A stretch of 64,000 bases of DNA from Bugula neritina (taxonomy: Eukaryota; Animalia; Bryozoa), in NCBI GenBank assembly GCA_964035545.1, contig OZ037765.1, positions 7,698,698 to 7,762,697 of the forward strand, given 5' to 3'. A program made the position numbers and the translations under genes. The notes under the pieces were generated by a model. The model was not told where the DNA came from, did no database searches, and saw only the letters and a list, made by a program, of their open reading frames with translations. This document shows positions 51,992-64,000 of the stretch, piece after piece. Position 1 is the first letter of the stretch. The number at the start of each line of letters is the position of its first letter.

Positions 51992-54900
51992 CTAGCTGTT
52001 AGTCAATGAGCAACTCCATGGTTTTTGCTTCATCTCTTCCAGTTCGTCTAAAATATTACAATATATAAAACAAATTAATAAATGCAATAATAAAATATAT
52101 TGAAACGATACATTCTCATAAATATGCCAAAACGAAGATTTAATGCACTAGTACTGGTCCAGTTAACAATACAAAGGTGAACAGGACTGTTACTATTCGT
52201 AGCGTTTCACATTTTAGATAAAACCTCTTATAATCTCAACTATACTATTGGTTGGGTTCACTAAAAACTAAAATATTTTCATCTGAAACTTATTTAAAAT
52301 TGATTGCCTTGATTCATGTGAAACTAACTCTTTAGTTTGTTTGTTTGTTTGTTTTCTTTATTTCCATCAAAAAAAACAAAGGGACAAAAAAATACAAATA
52401 TACAACAGTAACACAAAAAGAGCTAAATTCAATTTATATATAATATCAATCGAAGTCAAGATGGGGGCCCATGTGCTCAGTAGCATAGCTATTCAAGGAA
52501 CGGGGCCCAAGTGGCAGTTGAAAAAATAGTGGGAACTATTTATTCAGATTAAGTTAAAGATTTTAGTAGGTGCTTTTTCAACAATATTTTAAATGTGGCA
52601 AAGCTTTGATGATGTCTTAAAGTATTTGGGTATTTCAGCATATAGTGGCTAGTTATTTGCATGACTTCATACTTTAAGCATCTGGAATAGTTGAGAGAAA
52701 GCTTCAAATATTCGAAGCATCACCCATTCATTTAGCAGCCTAACTAGTTTAATGGCAATGACTGTCATATATGATAGTAAATACTGACTAACCTTTGTAA
52801 GTAGCAAAGATGGGAAGGAATATTGCAAGGAGTCTCAACCAATCTTCATACAAAACAGGCATATGCTGGCACATACCATTTATACTCGGCAAGATGGGGA
52901 TTATGTTGGAGATTACACTACGAGCAGGCAACACTAAAACAGTTTCAATAAATATAACTTGTTTGATGGTGTGATAAGTATGACTACCTTTTCAAAATGC
53001 TTACTACTTTAAGTGAGCTGGTTAAATAACAATGAAGCACCATCACAGGCGCGATGTTCTTTTCATCTGAACAGCAAAATTGTTTTATTAGGTGAAAACA
53101 ATTAAATTTATCACAACAAAATAGAACCAATTTGTATTGAAACTTGGTGAATGTAAACTATTGACAGTCCTCACCTCCTATTAAGGTAACCACAGTACTG
53201 ATGCAGAGTTTGGCCATGGTGAAAGTCTTGTGAACTCCGTACTGTTCACACAGAGATGCTGTCAGTCTCACAGCAAACATCTGTTTTCAACAAACACACG
53301 AATAAAATATATCTTGTATGCAAATACACTACAAATACACACTTACTCGATATTAAACATGGCTACCAGAAAACATTTCTAAACCCTACAAAGATTATAT
53401 GACATACCTGTTTAGCAATGTCAGGTTGTGCCAATAGTTCAGGAACATAGTCTAGACATATATGCATGGAAGGTATTCCAGCTATTGCTATAGGGATTAA
53501 CTTGCTGTGGTAGCCCTGAATGAAGTACAGAGTAAATTTTCTGACAAGTTTCTAACAAAAACTTGCCATAATGGTGGATATAAAAAGTTATAACTGATAG
53601 TGATTTAGTATAGAGTTATGAAGTCAAACAGGAGTCATACCTGAAATGAAACCAACTTGGCTTGATAGGGATTATCAATTATTATTTTGTGAACTTCTGA
53701 ACAAATTAAAGTCTGTAGTTCTCTTTGATCACACAGGATGCTTTCATTGGCCTATTAAAAATAAATAATTGTGTTGACAACATAAATAATATGTTACCGG
53801 ATTTAAATAAATGACTAAATTTAGATTTTAAAGTCAAGTCAACTGTAAACTATCCAAAATATAATATTTTATGAATTTATTATCAGACAACAAAATACTT
53901 CTCATTATAAAAAGTGGTGAATACTAGAATCATATTTTTAGAGGAAGTAACTAAAAGTAAAGCTGCATACTGGTACAGCCGGCAGACAATGTTCTAACAT
54001 AATCTGAATGGTTGCGCTATCCTGAGCTGATAGCAAGCTGTAACAGATCTCCTGTGCCTCTGTCAGAGCCACTGTTCCATGTGGCTGTTTGTTCTGCCAG
54101 TGAAGAGTGAAATAGCGATTGGAAGCTCTGGAGTAAACTCCTATGAGATGCAGCAGGATGACTAAGAGATCCGGCTGCCTGGAATACAAATTCAGCAAGG
54201 TCATGTAAATTTGTCTGAATAACTGTTTTTAGAGACAATGCCAGTTTAAAGGGCAAATTATGCACTGTTGCTGCAGCACTTCATGGCAGAAATATATAAA
54301 TACATAAAAAAGAAATGGGAACCATTATTACTACAATAACACCGGCACGCAGATGTTAAATGTGCCTCCATCATTTACAGTTCATATTTGGAGTCACCAT
54401 CAAACTATCAAAAAGTACTTTAGGACATAATAAACATGTGAAAGCCCCATGAGTTGTTCGGAAATGTTTTAGTCACATGATCAAAGATTAGGTCCATGTG
54501 TAGAGCTACACACCTGCAGGTGGGCAAGCACTGCAGGACCAACAGAGGGTCTGTCACCAGCTGATCTTCTTTCAGAGAGCCATGTTGATTGCGTAGAACC
54601 TTTACTGTCTCCAGATAAAGACTACAATTAACTAACATCCATCAACTACAAGTTGTACCAAACAGCTACAGAAACTATTAGTCAACAATTTTCTTTTCTT
54701 ATTAAAAATGGCAAATTGTCTACAGTGATTACTTCATAGATCTTTTAAAATCTACTAGAATTGGGCACATATTTTATTAAACCACCAACATCGAATCAAA
54801 TAAACAAATTGATGATCAATCAGAGACCAAACACTTGGTTCATAATATCACTTTCAAATAGATTTATTATTATTTTCACTATGCGTCATTTCAAAACATA

Positions 54901-57900
54901 AACAAAATTAATTTAAAAAGTGCTCTAGTGGCACTAAAACTTTTTAAGGGAATGTATTGTCTTACATTGCCAACAGCCATGCTTACCGTTCAGGAGCGAT
55001 TCTGCTGTAAGCCAGCCACGTCTGAGCCATTGTTAACGTCATATGTCTGGGTATGCAATCGGCAGGAGAGGACTGGACCAACTTGATGCTGTCTAACAGC
55101 ACAGGCAGCGTGTCTGCAGAAAGACTCTCCGATGCCAATCTCAACTTTATGTACTGCTTGTATATTGAGTCCATACTGCTCTCTCCTGGCAATGGCAACA
55201 GGCAAGTATTTCTATGAATGGCGAGATTCAAAAACAAATACGCCATACCAAAGAAGTGAAAAGTTATTGAATTTGCTGAATAACGAACCTGAAAGATGGG
55301 GAGAGAATAGCTTTACCAGCAGATTAGACTTTTGATGAGTTGAAGTATCAAACAGCCACATGTCTGCCTTGCATATCTGAGGCATGTTAGTGTAGAGGAG
55401 CCTACAAGCAGCATGCTGTTTGTTCATCATATGGTGAAGGTCATAGGTCAATTTACTTACATAAATGAAATGTGTTTCATAACAACACATTTCAGCATAT
55501 TAACAGGTAGAAGTAGCAAGATAATGCATAACACAAAGTTAAATTATACTTTTCCGTAATTTTCGGTCTCTATATTGTAGAATATATGTTCACAGTGTAT
55601 AAAACATCACATTGGCTAGAATCAGTAATTAGTAAGGGATTTTGAGTGGTGAATTACTTTGATTGATAAACTCACTTGACCAGAGAGGCATACAGAGAGC
55701 TGCATTGGTACCGATGCTCATAGGCCTTCACCATAAGCAGTTTGGTTGGTATGCTTGACATTAGCTCACCACTGTAAGGCTTGAAAGGTCGTTTCTTTGA
55801 TGCTAGTGCTAGATTACAAACAAGTGTTTATTTCAACTGCACAACTAGAGGATAGAGACAAGTTTAATGCAAACTAAAATACTTCATTTTCAAGTTTTTT
55901 TCTTCAGCCTAAGTTCTTTTATAAAATAGTGTGGATATGGCATTTGACCCCTACCTGGTTCTGTGTAGACAGCTTCTTGGTGAGAGAGTACGTAGTAGAG
56001 GAAGACCAGTTGAGATGCTAAGTGCTTGTTAGTGCTCTTCTCAAACTGGTCTCTGATTCGCTGTTCGTCTAGCTGGGGGTTGGCAGATCGCATGTTGTGT
56101 TGTTGAGGGGTGGTGGTGGCCACATAGAGGGTGATCATTTGCTGAACCATTGGATGCAGAGGCAGGGCTACATTAGCCAGCTGTACATATATAGTAGGCA
56201 GTCAGTCTAAACACCAAGATATAGAACTTGTTCTGTTTAAAGTCTATATCCCTGTAACAACCTCTGATGACAGAGTTCTAAGTGGGCTAAGAACAGTGCC
56301 TGACTATGCTGGAAACATAGTTTGAGGACTTTTGCTGGAGTACAGCAGCTATTAGTATCAGATGCTCTTCCTGACATCACCAATAGTTGGGGATCAACCC
56401 CAGAACCTGTCAGCCAGTGCTGTCAATGTTAGACATTGACCAAAATACAAACTTACAGTTAAATAAAATTAGAAACTAAAAACATTTTGATATGGCAATT
56501 CTCTCTTCACTTTAGCTAACACTCCCTTTATACAACACCATTTACAAGTTAAGCAAGCTAATGTGGATTATTTGTATCAAGAGTTACTTACAAATATCAG
56601 ATAAGTTATAAGTGTGAAAAATGAAAGTTCAAGGTCACCTGTTGAGTTATCCATTCCGAAATAGACACGTTATGCTTTGAAAAAGCTCGGCTCTTTAATA
56701 GTTGACAAACGCAATGAATAGGCAGATACCCCTTCATGTTTGCATTGAGATTCTCAGTCACTGAGAGTAAAACTGTGAGCTGGGATATTACCTAATAGCA
56801 AAGAAACAATACAATACTTTGCAAATACAAATAACAGCAACTGTAGTGATGAAAGAGTCATATCAACTAAATAAATAACTTTATTAGCCTGAAATTTCTA
56901 AATCATGAATACACAAAACTACTGTTTCTCCAATCTAATATTCTTTTCCAAAACAACTGAAGCTGACCAAGTCACTAATCATTTGCAAAAGTTTCCAATA
57001 GTTTACATACCGATTCCGTAAAGACTTCATAGGTGATGATTTGCTTTAATATAGTATTCGAAAGCTTCACAGCAGATGGCTAAAATTCAAAATATGTTTA
57101 AATTATCAATTTATAAAACATGTATATAATGCTTGATGTATACATATTGATAATATAGATACCATACATTATTTTATATTCAGTTCTAGTGTATTAACTT
57201 GAATCAACATTTGAAAAACTGTCAGCAGTAAGTTTGAGTACTGACAAACACAGCAGTTTGAAGTTATCACCACGTCAGACTAATGGTATAAAAAAGGCAC
57301 AAAGTACAAATTCCACTGTAGGCAAACAAGTGGTGCAGCATATAAAATCCATCTGCTAAATATTAATAAATGAACAGTTTAAAGAGAATTAACAGATGAT
57401 TTCAGAGAACTGACCTTAATATTCAAGTATGAGGCTACCATTTCAGAAATGGTTGTCAGCTGGTTACCATGGTAATGAATAGCTATAAGCAACAGAAACT
57501 GTCCAATGCCTGTGTCATTACACCTAGTATTGAATAAACACAACAAATTTATGACCATACAAAACTAATTAAAAATGTATAGCACACAATGTAAGAAATG
57601 AAATCAGCTTTAAAAATTATTAGCACATAAAGAAAAGCAATGCAGAGTAAATAATGCATTTGGAGGAAAATTAAAGAGTCATTTGTTAAAACAAAATTAA
57701 GCTCAAACTTTAATAATTTCATTCAAAAACCTAATAAATTGATGACAAATCCAATACAAATAGCTTAGAAATGAGCTGAGCAAGAAGTTAACATGTCTGT
57801 GTAACTTTTCAGATTGCACCACATTGAACCAAAAGCCTAAATTAAGTACTGAAAGCAGATTAATTAGGTCCCTTGATGGTTTTAGTTACTACGGACAATT

Positions 57901-60900
57901 AAATAGTAAAAATAACTACAATACAAGTTTCTATTTATACTATCCCATCATGGATTCAGAAATATTTTCCATATAAGAACTAAATCCAAGGAACAGAATA
58001 TTTGAACATATGAAAAAGCTCTAGAAAACTGGGATCCAGTGTGACAACTTACTGAGTATACAGAGTTTTTTTGTCAGCCAAACCACGCAACCAGACTGAG
58101 AGTTTGTGTGAGTAAGCAGACATCTGGTGTATACTCGCTATGACAAGACACAGTGCCAACATCGTTAGTCGCATCTCTTTTTCTGTTCCTAGAGGTAACT
58201 GCGGAAATATCTTAAACATTTTCTCTAACTCAGATTCGGTGAATCTACAAGAAAATGCGAGTAAATAAAATGCAAAGAGAGCTAAATAGATACAACAATG
58301 AATGTAGTGCATATTTGGATTAGCCATTATTGTCTATTAAACATACTTATAGTTGTTGAGTTCACGAAGGCAGCCACACAACCTAATAAGTGTAGTCAGC
58401 CGGTAGAAAGTAGAGCTGGTAAAGACACTTTCTCTCACTAACGCATCTAATTCCTTGTCAATAGTTCGCCGTATCATAGCCAGCAGCTCCGAGTCTTCAG
58501 GTGAAGCCTGGTGATAAAGGAGCAAAATTCTGGTTAAATAAACTTTACAGACATCACATAGAAAGAAGATAAGAAACGTACCATTAAAACAACAGAATTT
58601 ACATGTTTTCAACAAACCAAGTGAGTGCCATAGCCACTGCCAATATTGAAAAAAAAACTAATGGCAATAATTGCACATACTTTCTGCAAAACAACCATTT
58701 GGCTACAACTACTGTATTTACTAGTAAAACTTTTAAAATGAATATTTCAGCTAATGTAAAGAATCACCTGATTTTTAGTAACAAGTAAAGACTTTGCTAG
58801 TCTTCTGTGAGTGAAAATAAACTCTGAAAGTTTATTAATAGAAGCTGATCCTCCTTCATCTTCACTAATATACAAGTAGGCCAAAACTTGTGGTAACTTA
58901 TTGTAAGTAACCTAAAGAGTAGAACAACCCCAGATGCATCAACAACATTAGGATGAGTATGCACAGGCCTATAGGATCTGCATTATCGCTGCATGTTGAA
59001 CAGTGTATTTAAAATAACTACTTTAAAAATAACTTGTGATGGGATAAGTCAAGAGTTTCTTTTACTGTAATAAGTATACTTGAAAATAAACATTTCCTCA
59101 CAACATAAAATTGATGATTTCATCAACAGTTTACACAAATGGTTATAAAGGAAACACAACTCTAATAATCAACATGAGGTGTTGTAAAAATGTCAATAGA
59201 AGAGTTAAAACTTACACATGTTTTGGTGGCTTGTGAAATGGCAGTTGGACTAAGTCGACAAATATGACGGATAATGTCAATCCTGACTTGAGTTACACTG
59301 TCCGGGTGATCGAGATGTGAGCTTTTAATCAGGTTACAGCACACTACAGTAAATATATAGTTGAATAAGTGCCATGATATCCTTTACAACCGTGTATAAT
59401 AGGTCATAGCTGATACAAGTATTACAATTGGTGGGAATACAAGTTTACATATTCATATTGAAAATGCATAAACAAGTATTCTGAATTATTAAAAAACCAA
59501 AAATTACCATTTTGTTAAATCAATTGAATATATAAATGTAAATTATAATGATGAAAACTTAGTGAAACCATTAATACAAATCAACACTAGGTTCAAAACT
59601 GTTCACACTACAAGCACGCACACAATATCACGTGTGTTGTATATACATGACTCTAGCTTCTATTTATAAATCTACATAGACATCTAATTATAAAAGCAGT
59701 TAAAATTGATGTTTCACCCCTATTGCTGTCTATTATACATGAATTATAATGCCTATTTTAGGATACTGGATAAACTATTTACTTATAGATATAGTACTTT
59801 ATGCACACCATAGGGCATACCTTCAGCAGCTGACCAAGGAGAGTTTATAATAAGACTCAAAATCATATCCAAAGGATTGTTAAGATACAGTAGCGCTTCA
59901 ATAACATCGCACAATGGAAAGAGGGAAGGTAACTCTGCAAAACCAAAAGAATAATAATAAATAACAAATGAAAATAATAATTCTTTAACAGCTACAGCTG
60001 CTGTGATGCGCAGCCTTAACATTGTAATAGATTCCAGTAGAAATAAGAATTGACAAAATTGATTATATTCTACTCAAAATACATATATGCAGACAGAATT
60101 CAATTTTTTCGAACTATTCATAAAAATAAACATGATTGCAAACCAAGCCTATTGCTTTTTAATAGATACAAGCTTTTGCCTGTTATAGTAACTCTTAATT
60201 CAACCACATAAAAAATTAAAATGAGTTGATTTCCTTAAATATCAGTAAACACAATCATAATTGGTTACTTTTTCTGTCCCAATCAATGACTTTTGCATGA
60301 TTTGAACTCATGCATGAAAATTCACATCATCAATGTGTTTCAATACAAAATTAATCAAGTTGCTTACATAGGCCATAACCCCAAACCACTACAAATTAGA
60401 AAATTTGTTATCAGTGAACATGCTTACCATGAAGAGCGATACATATCAACTTAGTAATCCAATCTCTAAACAGAGACAGTTGGAGGATAGGAGCAGGAAT
60501 TATTCCAGAGAATTTACCATCAGCTGTCTAAAAATAGTATGAAGCTTCCAGACAATGTTGTGAACACCACTTACCATATGTTAAAACTTACCAGTGCAAG
60601 CTGGCTGCTGATTCTAACATTGAGAGACTTGGCATCAGTTAATTGGCATTAAAAAAAATTATGTCATGGTATCTACCCAATATCTGGATTAGGTTTTAAC
60701 AACCACTGCACAATATAAATTTCCTTGTATACCTATCAAAAGTTTATTATTTAAATTTTCCCAACAAACCTTTTCAGAAGTCAAGGAAATAAGCCATTTC
60801 ACTTCAGTTATTATAATTTTGAACTGTTGCGCTACAGAGTAGCTCTCAAAGTTAGCTATGACATCATCTGAATAGTTCATAGACACTGAATCTCCTGCAT

Positions 60901-61338
60901 CACACTGCTTTTTTCTAAAATTATATAAAATGACAACTAATAATGAAACAGTAGCTTATGATTTAATCTATCTTATTCTGTGTTTCCATGTAATACCAAA
61001 CAAACATTATGTTCAAAAAGGAAAACAAAACTAAGAAAAAAATCAACTAACCTGAGAGCTAATTGACTATGGCAATCGAATGCTATCTCATTAAAGTCAG
61101 CTGACAAACAGGCTATGAGATTATTTACTTCACTAAAACTCAGAAGAACCTGTGTGAGTGATTGTCTTTTTCTCTGAAGAGGAGCGTCTATATCGGCCAA
61201 GGAACACAAGCTGCATCTCGTTAGAAGTGGTAAAGCACATTTCAGCTGACTTAAGCTGCACTCAACAATTTTGTCGAAATCACAGCTTTCCAGTAATCCA
61301 AAAAACGTTCTATCAATAGTTGATGGTAAAACCGACAT
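51992..61338 (-). CDS. INTS2: Integrator complex subunit 2 (about 20+ exons; last exon 52047-51992 tentative)
   Basis: N-terminus LPLLTRCSLC..EVNNLIACLSADF, ELPSLFPLCDVIEALL, GQFLLLIAIHYHGNQL, DPLLVLQC, ALTEAQE..SAQDSATIQIMLEHCL, ICSEVHKIIIDNP..KLVSFQGY..GIPSMHICLDYVPELLAQPD match INTS2. Confidence 0.92.
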
Positions 61339-61443
61339 GTCAATCTTCCTAACAAATAAAAAGCTTTAGTTTAATAGAACATATAAATGATAAACATTCA
61401 GTATACATACTTTTCACAATGACTATTAAATTTAGTTATTTAA

Positions 61444-61650
61444 AGGAGCAGTCATAGTCTAGTGGTTAAAGTATTGATCTAATCAGCGCTAGAATAGGAG
61501 TTAAGGCATGACTACTGGTGATATCAGGAAAAGCATTTGATCATAATTACTTCTGAGCAACAGCAAATGTCCCCAAACTATGTTGCATGCATGACAAGAG
61601 GACAACCCTTAGCCACTTACAAACCCTTAGCTGCAAAGGCTTACAGAAAG
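61444..61650 (+). mobile_element. Degenerate tRNA-derived SINE (possibly MetaSINE-type)
   Basis: A-box TAGTCTAGTGG (61455-61465) with a decayed B-box, followed by GATATCAGGAAAAGCATTTGATCATAA resembling the Meta-domain core (TCAGGAAGGGCATCCGGCCGTAA); no cloverleaf. Confidence 0.5.
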
Positions 61651-64000
61651 ATAAAGATGCTAAACAAATGCGAGTTCTTTTTATTACATTTAATTACTAA
61701 TACTGATCAAAGTTTTACTCCAACTTTTAGAATTCTATGTTTAAGAATAATTTAATAAATTTCATTGTTGGCTTGAAAAGTAGCAGCGCATCCTTAATTT
61801 AATTATTGATAATCATGATGAATTATCAATAATTTTACTTAATTAGTATACACTGGAAATGCATTTCATTTAGTTTTTCTGAAAAATAAGTATAAAACAT
61901 TAAAAAGAGGTCTAAGTAATACTAATTTTAACTAAATCTAATAGCAATACTTTATTAGTATAACGAAATCTAATACTAATACTATGACCCACAGTATTAC
62001 TATTGTATTAGTATTAGCATAAACTTAAAGCATGAAACATGAACTATGAAGTAAAATTTACAATTACTGAGAGCCAGAGTGAGTGTCACACTTGCTGTTC
62101 ATACTGATATGATACTCACACTAACTCTAAGTATCAGTTACAGTATGAGCAGCGACTGTGAGTGTGAGTATCAGTGTGACACTGATAGTGAAACTCTCAC
62201 AATTACTGTAGTAATCCGTATTAAACTTAATGTTACTGTTAGTTGCACTCTGACTTGGCCTTGCAGACTTTCAAATAGTAATACTAGTAGTACTCATACT
62301 AATACTAATAGTAATAGTAACAACTAATACGAAGTGAAAGTCAAAGAGTAAGACTAAGAGTAAGACGTTGCAAACCGCCAAATATTTTACACTTTACAGG
62401 TTAACTATTACAATTTTGAGTTCGTTACACCATTGATTGTTTGCACGGATGACTGAGACATAACTATGATTTAAGGCCATTACATCACTTTGACTATCAT
62501 AATTGTAAGTAATTATTACAAACTTGTGTGATAACTGATATTACTATTACTATTACTATTAGTATTACTGATAGTGATATTCATATTACTTCATCGCCAG
62601 GTTTATTGCTATGACCTTGACAAAGACTTACTATAAGTGACTTGACTTTAAAAATTATGCTATGTATACGGTCAATGTCGAATATTTAGCGCAACAATAT
62701 ATAGCACGTTTTTGTTAGGTAAGTTTGAACATGCTGAGTTTATGCACAAAAGTAAATTAATTTAATATTTTTTGAAACGTATATAATTATTTTCAAATGT
62801 GTAACAATTTAAAAACAAGTTAGTTTAAACAATTCAGTTCGAAATAGAAATTCACTCGGCGAGAAAATGTCCGCGCAGTATGTAATGAGCGGGATAGGCC
62901 TTTTCACAACTAGCGTCGTCTGACAAAAAACCAGCGCCTGTCCAATTTACTGAAGTGAACACACGCACAGCACCAGTAGACATCGATCTTTATATCGGTA
63001 GCATTTCACAATTTTCGTTCATCAGTTTATGTATAACTAATCACTTTACTTGATATTATCAAGGTACAGTTGCAATCATTCCTTCTCTTATAGTTATAGT
63101 GATTATTTCAATTCAAAATTCGTGAATACTATAACTATAAGTATAACATTAGATGATAAGTATAACCGTATTTGATTATTTCACTATTTGAATTTTAACC
63201 TACCAAGTTCAAATTGGAGTACTATTTGAATTTCTTTTTGACTTTCAGTAATCAATATATTTTATATCTAATTCTATTACATTTACTATTAGTATTATAT
63301 TTGTGGTGATAAATTGCACTCAAAATTGCTGTTGCACTCGCATGTCATTTTTAATTTTGTGATACAAGTTCAATTTGAATTTCATCATGGTCAGTATGAT
63401 TATTATCGATGTCATCATCATTAGATCATCCTGGTATCCATAGTGGTAGGTAGTACTGTGGTAGGAATATTCAGGAATACGATTACTGAGAGTGGGTGAT
63501 AATCATTGAGATAATAGTAATACAATTTCAATTACGAAATCAAAATGAACTCAGAGTCACGTGGTCATCTCTGTCATAAAATCTTTCCCAGTGGATACCT
63601 TGTTATTCGTAGGCCTTTTCTTGTATGATTGCAAGCTTTCCCCGATAATTAATTGGGTTGATATTGAAAAAAAACTTTTAGAACTGCTAATTATCACTAG
63701 AGTTAAGCGCCCTTTGTTGTTGAGCTGAGTGCACAATAGCGAAACAAGTTGAGAAATATTGAAAAAATTGGGGTCGCATGATGTCTCTTCATCATATATC
63801 CACTTGTCACCAAGGAGACCCGCTATTCTTAGACTTTTCTTGCATTATAGCATAGTTGACCCGATCATTTCTTGGGCGTATATTCAAGGAAGTTTTTGGA
63901 GCTGCTAATCGACACTAAGTGACCTACCCTTCTCGTGTTAAACTTAAGGCATACCATAGGCAAAATAAGTTTTAGTTTTGCGCACAGGCTGCCAGCAGTA

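Noticed and set aside
52462-52510. GGGCCC-rich patch as a hAT-type MITE end
   Set aside because: Too short and degenerate; no partner TIR or TSD found.
61444-61520. tRNA gene
   Set aside because: A-box only; no TpsiC loop or cloverleaf, so treated as a SINE head.

Overview
AT-rich, intron-rich, compact animal (invertebrate, probably protostome) genomic DNA; the species cannot be fixed from the sequence. I assembled eight spliced protein-coding genes by hand: SAAL1 (-, probably running off the left edge), HEMK1/PrmC (+), tropomyosin (+), RPS25 (+), a GPR156-like class C GPCR lacking a Venus flytrap domain (+), an LRR-Ig-FN3-TM receptor (-), FDXR (+) and INTS2 (-). The tropomyosin gene has two first exons and four clusters of duplicated, mutually exclusive exons (4a/b, 5a/b, 6a/b/c, 8a/b) with many UGCAUG motifs. 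Other elements: a box C/D snoRNA candidate (SNORD25/snR56-like) in RPS25 intron 3, a truncated Gypsy LTR-gag fragment with an elongator tRNA-Met primer site, two inverted-repeat MITEs (one foldback/MULE-like with a 9-bp TSD), a decayed tRNA-derived SINE and several mini/microsatellites. The least explained pattern is a set of degenerate 6-bp-periodic tracts that sit just downstream of the inferred start of every housekeeping gene and are not seen at the tissue-restricted starts. Exon boundaries were read by eye; no database searches were run, and homologue motifs are quoted from memory.
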